Shown here in pieces: positions 1-10,416 of a stretch of DNA of 64,000 nt. The number at the start of each line of letters is the position of its first letter. Position 1 is the stretch's first letter. Origin of the DNA: Candidatus Latescibacterota bacterium (lineage in GTDB: Bacteria > Latescibacterota > UBA2968 > GCA-2709665). The notes below the pieces were generated by a model, which saw nothing but the letters and a program-made list of their open reading frames with translations, was not told where the DNA came from and searched no databases. The position numbers were made by a program, and so were the translations under genes. The DNA lies in the NCBI GenBank assembly GCA_965205485.1, contig OZ242180.1, positions 4,192,001 to 4,256,000 on the forward strand. The letters run 5' to 3'.

Positions 1-1
1 G

Positions 2-121
2 TATCTTCAACGCCACCCTTCACACGGCCTGGCGCCCCGTTTCGACGTGGTCGCCGTCCACTACCGCGGCGGTTCGCCTCGAATCCGGCATCTCGAATCC
101 GCATTCCGGCCGGAAATCTGA
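2..121 (+). CDS. yraN: YraN/UPF0102 family protein, 3' fragment (runs off window start)
   Basis: Manual translation YLQRHPSHGLAPRFDVVAVHYRGGSPRIRHLESAFRPEI*. RFDVVAV...IxHxxxAF is the typical YraN C-terminus. Confidence 0.7.
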   Translation, partial: YLQRHPSHGLAPRFDVVAVHYRGGSPRIRHLESAFRPEI

Positions 122-127
122 TAAATC

Positions 128-156
128 TTGACATCGGGTCGACTTGTGTGTATGTT
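128..156 (+). promoter_or_regulatory. sigma70-type promoter for hisS-aspS
   Basis: TTGACA(128-133)-17 nt-TATGTT(151-156). Confidence 0.6.
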
Positions 157-206
157 TGTCGATTTGGCTGAAAATCAAGGGCTTACCCAACAGAATCCGG
201 AAGACA

Positions 207-1490
207 ATGGCGACAGACCTCATCCCCCGCGTCAAGGGCGTCAGGGATTTCTACCCTGAAGACTGGGCCCTGCAAAAGTGGCTGGGCAAAACATGCATCG
301 GGCTTGGCGCCGGCTTCGGCTACCAGGAATACGAGGGTCCCATCCTGGAGCACCTGGACCTCTACCTGGGCAAGACCAGCGAGGAAATCGTGGGCCGGCA
401 GACGTTCATGCTGTCCGGACGCGACGAAAAGCCCCTGGTCCTTCGTCCGGAACTTACGCCGACGCTGGCGCGCATGGTGGCGGCGCGGGAAGATCGGCTG
501 GTCTTTCCTTTGCGCTGGCAATCCTTCGGTCGATTCTATCGGTACGAACGCCCGCAACGCGGCAGGGGAAGATCCTTCTTTCAGTGGAACATCGACCTGC
601 TCGGAAGCGATACGCTGCATGCCGACGTCGAAATCGTCACGATCGCCTGTGAACTATTGAGGACCTTCGGATTGTCTCCCGATCAGGTGACCGTAAGGCT
701 CAACGATCGCGAGGGCCTCGAATCCCACCTGATCGGGTCCCTCGGTCTTCACGCCGGGCAGATCCGGCCCCTTTTCGCCATCGTCGACCGGATCGACAGG
801 ATGCCCTGGGAGAAATTCAGCAGCGGGCTTGCCCAGGTCGGTCTTGGTTCAAAGCAGATCGACGAACTTGTCGAGACGCTGGAAAACAGAGATCCGGGGT
901 TTTCACCCCGGCTCGAACGCATCCTCCGGCTGCTTGAAATGAACGATGTCTCGGACTATGTGGAACCCGACCCCAAGATCGTGCGCGGATTCGACTATTA
1001 CACCGGCATCGTCTTCGAAGCCTGGGCGAAGGGATCACTCAGACGCGCCCTGTACGGGGGCGGGAGATACGACAATCTGACCGTGCAGGTCGGTGGCAGA
1101 AAGCCGGTACCGGGCGTCGGTTTCGCGGTTGGCGACATGGCAATTACCGAACTGCTGAAAGAATCTCATCTGCTCGATCACATAACGACGTCGATCGCGG
1201 ACCTGCTGGTTTCGGTCTTTTCGGAAGAGACAGCCGGACACGCCGCGGCATATGCGCGCCTGGCAAGGTCACAGGGTCTCGCCGTGGAGCTCGGTCTGAG
1301 ACCCGGCCAGCGCCTTGACAGGCAACTGAAATACGCTGACCGTAAAGGAATCCCCTTCGTTGCGATCATCGGACCCGACGAAATCCGATCTCAGACGGTC
1401 CTGCTGAAAAATCTGGCAACCGGCATACAGACCGTCCTCCCGTCGGACAACGCCTGCAGACTCACAGAACACATCGGAAATTCACGGTAA
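207..1490 (+). CDS. hisS: Histidine--tRNA ligase
   Basis: KGVRDFYP, LRPELT, YRYERPQRGR, RGFDYYTG and GGGRYD motifs plus a C-terminal anticodon-binding domain. ATG at 207 chosen because it lies downstream of the promoter. Confidence 0.95.
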   Translation: MATDLIPRVKGVRDFYPEDWALQKWLGKTCIGLGAGFGYQEYEGPILEHLDLYLGKTSEEIVGRQTFMLSGRDEKPLVLRPELTPTLARMVAAREDRLVFPLRWQSFGRFYRYERPQRGRGRSFFQWNIDLLGSDTLHADVEIVTIACELLRTFGLSPDQVTVRLNDREGLESHLIGSLGLHAGQIRPLFAIVDRIDRMPWEKFSSGLAQVGLGSKQIDELVETLENRDPGFSPRLERILRLLEMNDVSDYVEPDPKIVRGFDYYTGIVFEAWAKGSLRRALYGGGRYDNLTVQVGGRKPVPGVGFAVGDMAITELLKESHLLDHITTSIADLLVSVFSEETAGHAAAYARLARSQGLAVELGLRPGQRLDRQLKYADRKGIPFVAIIGPDEIRSQTVLLKNLATGIQTVLPSDNACRLTEHIGNSR

Positions 1491-1568
1491 CGCTGAAAAC
1501 ATGATGCGCGGCCGGGCCTCGCCGGCATGCCTTCGAAACGTCTCGTACAATTTTTGGAGCCTTTGAAT

Positions 1569-3365
1569 ATGGCCGAATCCCTTGGCGACTGGAAACGCAC
1601 GCACTCCTGCGGCGACCTGAGGGTCCGCGATATAGGCAGACAGGTCACCCTGATGGGGTGGGTCTCCAAACGCAGGGATCACGGCGGCGTGATTTTTGCC
1701 GACCTGCGCGATCGGGACGGGCTGACGCAGGTCGTGTTTCGACCCGATCTGAATCCCGGGATCCACCTGAAGGCGGAAGCCATTCGGAATGAATTCGTCC
1801 TGGCGATCAGAGGAAGGGTGGAATCGCGTCCGGAAGGCATGGCCAACCCCAACCTGCCCACGGGCGAAATCGACGTCGAGGCGTCGGAACTGAGAATTCT
1901 GAACGAGTCGGAAACGCCGCCGTTTCTCATCGAAGCCGAGTCGGACGCCAACGAAGAGATCCGGCTCCGTCATCGTTACCTCGACCTTCGCCGTCCGGAT
2001 CTGCAGGCCGACATCCTGCTGCGGCACCGCCTGTCGCAGGCAACGCGAAGATTCCTTTCGGACGATGGCTTTATCGAGGTCGAAACCCCGTTTCTGATGA
2101 AGAGTACGCCGGAAGGAGCGCGTGACTATCTGGTGCCCAGCCGGATCAACCCGGGGCACTTCTACGCGCTGCCACAATCCCCGCAAACCTACAAGCAGTT
2201 GATCATGGTGGCAGGATTCGACCGGTATTTTCAAATCGTGCGCTGCTTCAGGGACGAAGACCTGCGAGGTGACCGGCAGCCGGAATTCACGCAAATCGAC
2301 ATTGAGATGTCATTCGTGAACGAAGAAGACGTTATGGAAGCGGCCGAGCGGCTCACTGCCGGCCTCTTCAAGGCAATCCTGGATATCGACCTGCCTCGCC
2401 CCTTTCCCCGCCTCACCCACAGGGAAGCGATCGACACCTACGGATCCGACAAGCCGGACACCCGATTCGGCTTTGAAATCGTCGACCTGGCGGCTGCGGC
2501 CGAAGCCTCCGACTTTCAGGTGTTCAAACGGGTGCTTTCCGACGGCGGCCAGGTTCGCGGAATCAACGCAAAGGGATGCGGCGCGTTCTCGCGCAGACAG
2601 ATAGACGATCTGGGCGTCTTTGCCGGCGAATTCGGCGCCAGGGGACTCGCGTGGATCAGGGTGACCCACGGCGGTTTGGAATCAGCCATCGTAAAATTCT
2701 TCCCTGAACAGGCGCAAGTCCTCCTGAAGCGCGCCCTCAAGGCCGAACCAGGCGATCTGCTGCTGTTCGCGGCCGACCAGCCGACGGTTGTGGCGGAGGT
2801 ACTCGGCAACCTTCGTCTGAAACTGGCGGATCAACTGAATCTGCTGGACCGCGATCGTTTCAGCTTCGGCTGGGTAACGCATTTCCCCCTGGTGGAATGG
2901 GACCCGCGCGAGAAACGCTACGCGGCGTGCCACCACCCGTTCACCTCGCCCCTGGACGAGGACATCGGAAAAATGGAAACCGACCCCGCAGGCGTGCGGG
3001 CGCGGGCATACGACCTCGTGCTGAACGGGAACGAAATTGCAGGAGGAAGCATTCGTATCCACCGAAGGGAAATTCAGGAAAAAATGTTCGACCTTCTGGA
3101 CATCTCTCCGCCTGAGGCGGAAGAAAAGTTCGGTTTTCTCCTCGATGCGTTCCGGTATGGCGCGCCTCCCCACGGCGGAATCGCCTTCGGGTACGATCGC
3201 CTGGTCGCACTGATGGCGGGGCGGGACTTCATCCGCGACGTGATCGCCTTTCCCAAAACCAACAATGCCGCCTCCTTGATGGACGGTGCTCCGTCAGCAG
3301 TCGACGCGGACCAGTTGAAAGAACTCGGAATCCGGTTGGCGGGCGGTGAATCGACCCGTCACTGA
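1569..3365 (+). CDS. aspS: Aspartate--tRNA(Asp/Asn) ligase, probably non-discriminating
   Basis: RTHSCG, TPEGARDYLVPSR, PQSPQ, FRDEDLR and GAPPHGG motifs. RRDHGG and RPEG carry the His/Gly of ND-type enzymes. GGAG RBS at 1556. Confidence 0.96.
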   Translation: MAESLGDWKRTHSCGDLRVRDIGRQVTLMGWVSKRRDHGGVIFADLRDRDGLTQVVFRPDLNPGIHLKAEAIRNEFVLAIRGRVESRPEGMANPNLPTGEIDVEASELRILNESETPPFLIEAESDANEEIRLRHRYLDLRRPDLQADILLRHRLSQATRRFLSDDGFIEVETPFLMKSTPEGARDYLVPSRINPGHFYALPQSPQTYKQLIMVAGFDRYFQIVRCFRDEDLRGDRQPEFTQIDIEMSFVNEEDVMEAAERLTAGLFKAILDIDLPRPFPRLTHREAIDTYGSDKPDTRFGFEIVDLAAAAEASDFQVFKRVLSDGGQVRGINAKGCGAFSRRQIDDLGVFAGEFGARGLAWIRVTHGGLESAIVKFFPEQAQVLLKRALKAEPGDLLLFAADQPTVVAEVLGNLRLKLADQLNLLDRDRFSFGWVTHFPLVEWDPREKRYAACHHPFTSPLDEDIGKMETDPAGVRARAYDLVLNGNEIAGGSIRIHRREIQEKMFDLLDISPPEAEEKFGFLLDAFRYGAPPHGGIAFGYDRLVALMAGRDFIRDVIAFPKTNNAASLMDGAPSAVDADQLKELGIRLAGGESTRH

Positions 3366-3411
3366 ACCCGATATATGCGTATTTCCGCAAGCGTTCATGT
3401 GGATTTTTTTC

Positions 3412-3440
3412 TTGACTTCAGCCCTTTCTTGTAGTAATTT
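3412..3440 (+). promoter_or_regulatory. sigma70-type promoter
   Basis: TTGACT-17 nt-TAATTT upstream of the lipoprotein/LysM pair. Confidence 0.5.
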
Positions 3441-3576
3441 GGTGGCATAAATGTAGCCCCGTCAGACGGTGATTTGGCGCGTATTTTTGCAGCGTTAAAC
3501 GCAGTCGCCATTTTCGGTTTGCCTGTCAAACCATCGTCCCATCAACGCATGAACACGTGTCCCCAAGGAGACATCG

Positions 3577-3852
3577 ATGGCAAAGCGCAACTTGATGGAT
3601 CGCTTTACGGGATTTGGCGTCGTGCTGGCGCTGTTCCTGCTGCCCCTTCTGTCGGGCTGTCATATCATGGCATCCGAAGAAGACCTCCAGATGCTGGAGG
3701 AGGCGCGGAACAACGCGCGAGCGGCCGAAGCGGATCTGAATGCCTGTCGGCAGAAGCGGGCTGAACTGGAACGCACACTGGCCGAGAAGAAACAGGAACT
3801 TCAAAGACTGACCGCCGATAGGGACGCCGTGCAGAACGCCATGAATCCGTAA
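3577..3852 (+). CDS. Small coiled-coil lipoprotein
   Basis: AGGAG RBS, signal peptide with lipobox LSGC, and a mature part with a heptad E/A/K/L/Q pattern. Confidence 0.8.
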   Translation: MAKRNLMDRFTGFGVVLALFLLPLLSGCHIMASEEDLQMLEEARNNARAAEADLNACRQKRAELERTLAEKKQELQRLTADRDAVQNAMNP

Positions 3853-3868
3853 TGGAAAGGAGTTTCCA

Positions 3869-4717
3869 GTGAAGAATCGTAAACACATCGGGTTTTCGCT
3901 TGTCTGCACCGCGCTGGCAGTAGCCCTCGTTCCGCTGGCCGCCATTGCCCAGTCGGACGGAATGACGTACGAAGAATATGAAATGCAGCTTGCAAGCGTG
4001 CAGCAGGAGATTCAGGAAATCAAGCAGAAAACACAGGAGTGCAAGGACGCGGGCGACAAGGTCGCACAGCAGATCGCCGACGTCGATGCCCGGATTGCAA
4101 GCACCATGCAGGAGATCCTGGATCTGGTCGGCTGCCCCGATCAGGCCTGCATCGACGCCTACATGGCCGCACTGGATCGTGTCGAGGGTCAGTTGAGGGC
4201 CCTGATGAATCTTCCCGATGCCGATCTCTTCGACCAGCGTGACCACTTCGATTCAATCTCCGAAGAGGTCGAGGGCCTCAAGCAGAACAAGATCCGCCAT
4301 CTTCCCAAAGCGAGCATGAAGCTCAAGAGCATCGTGCAACTGGTTGAGAGAATCGCCGCGCGGATGCCCGCGAAGAAGATCAAGGACTACACCGTGCTTC
4401 GCAACGACAATCTCTGGAACATCGCCAAGAGCGAGGATATATACGACAACGCCTACCTCTGGCCCCGCATCTATCTCGAAAACCGCGACAAGATCAGGCA
4501 TCCGGATCTGATCTACCCCGATTGGGTGCTGCAGATTCCGTTTGGCGTAGACAGAGGCCAGCACCTGGTCCTCCAGGGGCATACGCTCACAAGTATTGCC
4601 GGCATGATCTACAACGACCCGACGAGATGGCACCGCATTTATCGGGCTAACAAATCGCAGATCAGGGATCCAAACCTGATCTTCCCTGCGCAGGTCATCG
4701 ACGTACCTGAAGACTGA
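3869..4717 (+). CDS. Secreted coiled-coil protein with two C-terminal LysM peptidoglycan-binding domains
   Basis: AGGAG RBS and GTG start, signal peptide, YTVLRNDNLWNIA..IYPDWVLQIP and HLVLQGHTLTSIA..IFPAQVIDVP. Confidence 0.88.
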   Translation: MKNRKHIGFSLVCTALAVALVPLAAIAQSDGMTYEEYEMQLASVQQEIQEIKQKTQECKDAGDKVAQQIADVDARIASTMQEILDLVGCPDQACIDAYMAALDRVEGQLRALMNLPDADLFDQRDHFDSISEEVEGLKQNKIRHLPKASMKLKSIVQLVERIAARMPAKKIKDYTVLRNDNLWNIAKSEDIYDNAYLWPRIYLENRDKIRHPDLIYPDWVLQIPFGVDRGQHLVLQGHTLTSIAGMIYNDPTRWHRIYRANKSQIRDPNLIFPAQVIDVPED

Positions 4718-4804
4718 CAGATATCGGGACCCCACGGCTCCGAACCGCGGAGAACTGCGTCCTCAAAAAATGGAAAGCGACTCACACCACGAATAAGGCT
4801 TCTG

Positions 4805-4849
4805 AAAAGCTCTCGTTCCCGGAGTCTGGCCGGAACGAGGGCTTTTTTT
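4805..4849 (+). terminator. Intrinsic terminator after the LysM gene
   Basis: AAAAGCTCTCGTTCC / GGAACGAGGGCTTTT stem followed by a T-run. Confidence 0.75.
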
Positions 4850-4853
4850 ATTT

Positions 4854-5873
4854 GTGAAAAGACCCGACCTGTTGAGAAATCCAACCTTATCCCATCAGCT
4901 GTCCATTCAGGGCGTTGATCCCCTCACACTGTACGGGCACAACGACGTCAACCTTCTGGCGCTCGAAGCCAGGTACGGCGTCCACGTTACCGCCCGCGGC
5001 GAAACCGTCACGATCACGGGCCCCGCGTACAAAGTCCGGCATGTTTCCGGACTGTTGGAGGAGATGGTCTCGTGCCTGCGGCGCGGCGACGCGCCCGTTC
5101 AGACAGACGATTCGGGGGAAACGAATCACCACAACGGGCCTTCCGAAGCGAACATGACCGTACTGGTCACACAGAAATGCGTAATTCGGCCCCGTTCGGA
5201 CGCTCAACGGCGATATGTGACCGGAATTGAGAAATTCGACATCGTCTTCGGAATCGGCCCTGCCGGGACCGGCAAGACCTACCTCGCGGTCGCCTGCGCC
5301 GCGGCGGCTCTGAAGCGCAAGGAAGTGTCGAGGATCATCCTGACCCGTCCCGCGGTTGAGGCCGGAGAAAACCTCGGCTTCCTGCCAGGCGACATCCAGG
5401 ACAAGGTCGACCCCTATCTGCGCCCGTTGTACGACGCGCTGCGGGACATGATTCCCGGCGAACATATGCAACACCTGCTGGAAAACCGGACACTGGAAAT
5501 CGCACCGCTGGCATTCATGCGGGGACGTACGCTCAACAACGCGTTCGTCATTCTGGATGAAGCCCAGAATACGACCATCAGCCAGATGAAGATGTTTCTC
5601 ACGCGGTTGGGCGCCAACTCCAAGGCGGTTGTCAACGGCGACGTCACTCAGATCGACCTGCCAACCGACGAAGTGTCCGGACTTGTACATGGTCATCAGA
5701 TTCTCTCGCATATCGAGGCCGTGCGGTTCGTGCAATTCACGGAGGAAGATGTCGTACGTCACGCCCTGGTCCGGAAGATCATCTCTGCGTACGACCGGTA
5801 TGAGACTGAAATACGGCTCCGGTCGGCGGATGGACCCGACCTGAACAACGGCGCTGAAGCGCATGATATCTAA
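4854..5873 (+). CDS. phoH: PhoH-family ATPase (YbeZ-like); start uncertain
   Basis: GPAGTGKT Walker A, RPAVEAGENLGFLPG, RGRTL, DEAQN. Confidence 0.93.
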   Translation: MKRPDLLRNPTLSHQLSIQGVDPLTLYGHNDVNLLALEARYGVHVTARGETVTITGPAYKVRHVSGLLEEMVSCLRRGDAPVQTDDSGETNHHNGPSEANMTVLVTQKCVIRPRSDAQRRYVTGIEKFDIVFGIGPAGTGKTYLAVACAAAALKRKEVSRIILTRPAVEAGENLGFLPGDIQDKVDPYLRPLYDALRDMIPGEHMQHLLENRTLEIAPLAFMRGRTLNNAFVILDEAQNTTISQMKMFLTRLGANSKAVVNGDVTQIDLPTDEVSGLVHGHQILSHIEAVRFVQFTEEDVVRHALVRKIISAYDRYETEIRLRSADGPDLNNGAEAHDI

Positions 5874-5894
5874 ATTAACCGGGTAACCCGCTCT

Positions 5895-8207
5895 ATGATG
5901 CGTCGTCTCCGACAACTGCTCCTGTACACAGGACTCGTGGAATCGGACGCAGCCAATGACGACCGAGGTGCGCCAACCCGGCGCAAGCTTCGGCTGCGCC
6001 CGAGGGTTCTGTTGCGCATCGGACTCATGTTGACCCTGGTTGCCCTGCTGACGTATTTTTTCCCGATTTCCAGAACGGACTTCGAACACGGCGCCTTCAG
6101 TGAGGGTACAATCGCGCCCTATGAAGTCATTGCGCCGGAAAACTTCAAGGTGCTCAAGAACGAATCCGAATACGTCCGGGAAGTGGAGGCGGCCCGTGAC
6201 GACGTTCTTCCGGTCGTGATCCTTGATGCGGAGGTGTCGGCCGATCGGCAACGCTCGCTCGACGGATTCCTGGAAGATCTGAATCGGGTGAGCATTCTGG
6301 CCGTTCCGGATTCGGCCGTTCATCACCTCCAACAGGCCCACTCGGAAATCGGCTCGGTGTCCCAGGTGAGCCTGCGCTTTCTGATCAACCAGGCAGCCAA
6401 CTACCCCACCGGATTCGAAAGGCTTCGTTCGACCGTCCGCGAATTGCTGGTATCCAGTTACACTGCCGGCGTTCTGAACCGGGACTCTGAAATCCTAGGC
6501 TCCGACCGCGGGGAGGTGGTCCTCGTCGAGGGGGACCGGGAGCGCCGTATAACGTCAGAGCCCATCCGGGGCCTGGAATGGTATGAGCGCAGCCTGCAGG
6601 ATGAAATCGACAGACAGTTTCCTCAGGGCACGCCTGCGGAAATAAAGTCCGTATACGAGCTTGTCGTCGTCTTTCTAACGCCCAATCTCACATACAACGT
6701 GGAAGAAACGGAACGGCGCAGAGACGCGGCTGCGGCAAGGATCTCGCCGTACAAGGGAACCGTCCTTGGCGGCGAACGCATCGTCGACAAGCACGACCGG
6801 GTAACCTCGGATCACATGGACCAGTTGCGGTCTCTTTCCATTCATATGAACAGAGCAATCGACCGTGTCCCCTATCTGTACCATCTCCAGGTCGCGGCCC
6901 AGGCCGCGGTCAGCGCCCTGCTAATTGCCATTCTGTTCGTGTTTCTTCAGGTGTCGCGTCCAACGGTCATCGCGTCAACGTCCAACCTCGTCCTTTTCGG
7001 CATTCTGATCATCATGCCGTGCCTGGTCGCTTCATATGCCGCAACGGTGTCCGCGGTTACACCCTTGCTGGTGCCCGTCGCACTTTCGGTGATGCTGGCG
7101 ACCGTACTCTTCGATACCGAAGTCGGCCTGGTCGTTTCATTTGTGTGCGCCACGTTGTGTGCGAGCATCGTGGGAAGTCTTTCGTTCGGCCTGATCTACC
7201 TGGTTACGGGTGCCGCCGGGGCTTACTCCGTGCGGCCGGTCAATCGCCGGAGCGATTTCTTCTACCGGTCCATCGCCTTCCTGGTCTGCGCCTACCTGCT
7301 TTCAACCCTGGCAACAGCGATCCTGTTGTTCAGCTATTCCAGCTTCGGAGAATTCTTCCAGAAAGTCAGGTGGGACCTGGTTCTGGGCACGTTCACGGCC
7401 TGTGCATCCTCCGTCCTCACCATCGGCCTCCTGCCGATCTTCGAAAGCGCATTCAGCGTGGTCACTGCCTACACGCTGCTCGAGCTTTCGGACCTGAACC
7501 GGCCATTATTGCGCAATCTGGCCATTCGGGCGCCCGGCACGTACAGTCACAGTATCATCATGGCGAGGCTTTCGGAGGCGGCCGCCGAAGCCACCGGAGC
7601 CAACGGCCTGCTGGCCCGGGTTGGATGTTATTACCATGACATCGGCAAGATGATCAGACCCCACTATTTCATCGAAAACCAGAAAGGCGTGAATCCGCAC
7701 GATGAACTTCAGCCTCGTCTGAGCGCCCTGATTCTGATCTCCCACGTGAAGGACGGCATCAGTATGGCCGAAGAGGAAGGGCTTCCGCGGGTCATCATCG
7801 ACATGATATCCCAGCATCACGGTACCAGCGAAATCGCAGGCTTCAAGAAGAGCGCCCTTGAAAGCAGCGCGCCGCACGAGGTTCGCGACGCCGACTTCCG
7901 GTACCCGGGACCGAGGCCCCAGACCCGGGAAGCCGGCATTGTCAGCCTGGCCGACGCGGTTGAATCCGCAAGACGCAGCCTCAATGCCAGTACCCCCGAA
8001 GAAACCCGGAAGATGGTTCAAACACTTGTGAAAGCAAGATTTACAGCCGGGGAGTTGGACGAGTGCGACCTCACGCTCAGAGACCTTACCCGGATTCAGG
8101 AAGCATTTCTGCCGATTCTCGATGCCACCTGGCACAGCCGCGTTGCCTATCCGTGGCAGCACGAACGGAAGCGGGTTCAACCCGGGCGCAGGAAGGAAGT
8201 TCTGTGA
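5895..8207 (+). CDS. 7TM-HD family phosphohydrolase (PgpH-like, putative c-di-AMP phosphodiesterase)
   Basis: N-terminal TM, extracytoplasmic domain, ~7 TM helices, then APGTYSHS, YYHDIGK, HHGT, YPGPRP and LADAVES. Conserved phoH-ybeY context. Confidence 0.88.
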   Translation: MMRRLRQLLLYTGLVESDAANDDRGAPTRRKLRLRPRVLLRIGLMLTLVALLTYFFPISRTDFEHGAFSEGTIAPYEVIAPENFKVLKNESEYVREVEAARDDVLPVVILDAEVSADRQRSLDGFLEDLNRVSILAVPDSAVHHLQQAHSEIGSVSQVSLRFLINQAANYPTGFERLRSTVRELLVSSYTAGVLNRDSEILGSDRGEVVLVEGDRERRITSEPIRGLEWYERSLQDEIDRQFPQGTPAEIKSVYELVVVFLTPNLTYNVEETERRRDAAAARISPYKGTVLGGERIVDKHDRVTSDHMDQLRSLSIHMNRAIDRVPYLYHLQVAAQAAVSALLIAILFVFLQVSRPTVIASTSNLVLFGILIIMPCLVASYAATVSAVTPLLVPVALSVMLATVLFDTEVGLVVSFVCATLCASIVGSLSFGLIYLVTGAAGAYSVRPVNRRSDFFYRSIAFLVCAYLLSTLATAILLFSYSSFGEFFQKVRWDLVLGTFTACASSVLTIGLLPIFESAFSVVTAYTLLELSDLNRPLLRNLAIRAPGTYSHSIIMARLSEAAAEATGANGLLARVGCYYHDIGKMIRPHYFIENQKGVNPHDELQPRLSALILISHVKDGISMAEEEGLPRVIIDMISQHHGTSEIAGFKKSALESSAPHEVRDADFRYPGPRPQTREAGIVSLADAVESARRSLNASTPEETRKMVQTLVKARFTAGELDECDLTLRDLTRIQEAFLPILDATWHSRVAYPWQHERKRVQPGRRKEVL

Positions 8208-8656
8208 CCCGGGTCCGCATCGAGCAGGAAGCGCCGCTACCCGAAGCCTGTGACCCGACGGACCTTTTATTCCTCCTCGACAGTGTGCTCGAGGAACACG
8301 ACGCCATCGGAACGGTTACACTGGTTCTGGCCGACGACGCGACGCTTTGTCGTCTGAACGGGCAGTTCAAGGGCGTATCGGAGCCGACGGATGTTCTTTC
8401 CTTCGATCTGGCTGATCCGGTCCATCCGGATTGCGAAGATCTGGGTGAAATCTACATTTCCGTGGATCGCGCTGCGTTACAGGCCCGCGAAGGCTCAAGG
8501 CGCCTGTCCGATGAAATCGCCTCGCTCGCCATACACGGGGTCCTGCATCTGCTGGGGTACCGACACGACTCAACCGGGTCGACGGCCTCGATGCGGAACA
8601 GGGAGAGAGAGTATATCGCCCGGTTTCAAGCAGGCATACACCTGAAAGGAGTGTGA
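8204..8656 (+). CDS. ybeY: rRNA maturation endoribonuclease YbeY
   Basis: PTDVLSF, LGEIYIS and HGVLHLLGYRH. GTG start overlaps the upstream stop (GTGA). Confidence 0.92.
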   Translation: MTRVRIEQEAPLPEACDPTDLLFLLDSVLEEHDAIGTVTLVLADDATLCRLNGQFKGVSEPTDVLSFDLADPVHPDCEDLGEIYISVDRAALQAREGSRRLSDEIASLAIHGVLHLLGYRHDSTGSTASMRNREREYIARFQAGIHLKGV

Positions 8657-8663
8657 GTGCATT

Positions 8664-9953
8664 TTGGATGACTCCGAGTGGTTGGCCGCACTCGTCGCGG
8701 GGGGTTCTCTGGTGGTTACCGCGCTGATCGCCAGGCTGGGCGCAATCGGCAGTACCATATCACGGGCGACGCTTGAACGTCTCCGCGACGAATCCGTACC
8801 ACGCGCGAACCTCCTGCTGTCGATGTACCGCACAAGATACGCCCTGGGTATGACGGTCTCGTTTGGACAATCCCTGTCCATCGCGTTGGGTGCGCTTGCG
8901 TTCGCATTCCTCGCCGGATTCGGATTGCACGAATTCGCATGGCCGCTACTCCGGGACCTTCTGAGCATCGCCGCGTTCGTACTCTTCTCTCTGCTGATCG
9001 CCAATGCAATCTCCTTCTACAAGCGCGAAGAGGGTTCCGACCGGCCCCTGCCGCACCTGATTGCCATTTACTATCCTCTGTATCTGCTGCTACTGACCCC
9101 GGCGCTGCTCCTGCTGAAAACACGGAGTATTTTTGTCAGTGAAACCGATACGAGGGCGATCAAGGAGGAAGAGTTGCGGCAGATCGTGGAAACCGAAACC
9201 GAGGAAGGCACTATTGAAGAGGAAGAGCGGGACATGATCGCCGGCATATTCGAGTTCGGCGATACGACCGTAAAGGAAGTGATGGTGCCGCGTATTGACA
9301 TGGTGTGCGGGGAGGTCTCCTCCAAACCGGAGGAAATCCTGGCCCTGATTCAGGAGAAACGGCATTCCCGCATTCCCATATACCGCGAACGCGTGGACCA
9401 TATCGAAGGCGTAGTGTACGCCAAGGACCTGCTCGAGCTTCTAAGCACGGGACAAGCCTGGACGCCCGAGAACGCCATGCGAAAACCGTATTTCGCGCCT
9501 GAAAACAAGAAAATCGCTGAGTTGATGCGAGAGTTCAAAACCAACAAAGTACACATGGCGATTGTCATCAACGAATTCGGCGGCACTTCCGGGCTGGTCA
9601 CGCTCGAGGATCTCATTGAAGAGATCGTCGGCGAGATCCACGACGAGTACGACGAGGAAGAGCAGTTGTTCCACTGGGACGAAGACGGGCACGTGCTGGT
9701 TGCCGACGCACGGCTCGATATAGACGATCTCAACCTGATCCTGAACATAGAGCTTCCTCGCGACGGATACGAGACCCTCGGGGGGTTCATCTACAACCAC
9801 CTGGGTCGGGTACCGGGCCCCGAGGAGACGTTCGTTTTTGAAAACCTCACCCTGTGGGTCGAGGAAGTGGTCGGCCAACGCATTACCACGGTTCGGATCG
9901 TCAAACAGGAACCGGACAGGAACAAACAGGACAAAACCCAAGAAATCGCTTGA
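8664..9953 (+). CDS. HlyC/CorC family membrane protein (CNNM + CBS pair + CorC domain)
   Basis: N-terminal TMs, EVMVPRIDM, HSRIPIY, GLVTLEDLIEEIVGEIHDEYD, YETLGGF. Confidence 0.9.
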   Translation: MDDSEWLAALVAGGSLVVTALIARLGAIGSTISRATLERLRDESVPRANLLLSMYRTRYALGMTVSFGQSLSIALGALAFAFLAGFGLHEFAWPLLRDLLSIAAFVLFSLLIANAISFYKREEGSDRPLPHLIAIYYPLYLLLLTPALLLLKTRSIFVSETDTRAIKEEELRQIVETETEEGTIEEEERDMIAGIFEFGDTTVKEVMVPRIDMVCGEVSSKPEEILALIQEKRHSRIPIYRERVDHIEGVVYAKDLLELLSTGQAWTPENAMRKPYFAPENKKIAELMREFKTNKVHMAIVINEFGGTSGLVTLEDLIEEIVGEIHDEYDEEEQLFHWDEDGHVLVADARLDIDDLNLILNIELPRDGYETLGGFIYNHLGRVPGPEETFVFENLTLWVEEVVGQRITTVRIVKQEPDRNKQDKTQEIA

Positions 9954-9977
9954 CAAAACGTCCCGGTTTGATAGATT
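9950..9977 (+). promoter_or_regulatory. Promoter for tRNA-fMet
   Basis: TTGACA-16 nt-TAGATT. Confidence 0.55.
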
Positions 9978-10000
9978 CTCCTATATAGGAAATGAATGGT

Positions 10001-10077
<77 letters not shown>

Positions 10078-10087
10078 AAAAAACAAG

Positions 10088-10117
10088 AAGGAGGCCGATA
10101 ACTTTCGGCCTCCTTTT
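10088..10117 (+). terminator. Intrinsic terminator after tRNA-fMet
   Basis: AAGGAGGCCGA-taactt-TCGGCCTCCTT followed by TT. Confidence 0.8.
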
Positions 10118-10416
10118 GCGTACCTGATGCAGAAACAGGAACTTACATGGGTGGATGGGTTGATCAGGATAAGGGCCGGAAGATGCGACAATTCACATTG
10201 CAACGAGTTGACGGTACAATCGCACTGACGGGAGATTCTTCGCTACGCTCAGAAAGAAATGACTGCCACTGGATACGGAACCCTTGCCAGTCGACGGTAA
10301 GAACGCAAAATCAGACAGAAAATGCAGTAGACGCGATTGTTGTTGTCTACGTCAACGGAGTATAACAACATCCAACAAACCACTGCCATGTCACACTCTA
10401 ACACGGAGAGGATCAA

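Noticed and set aside
3475..3491. sigma54-like TGGCGC...TTGCA
   Set aside because: GG-to-GC spacing is 11 nt rather than 10.
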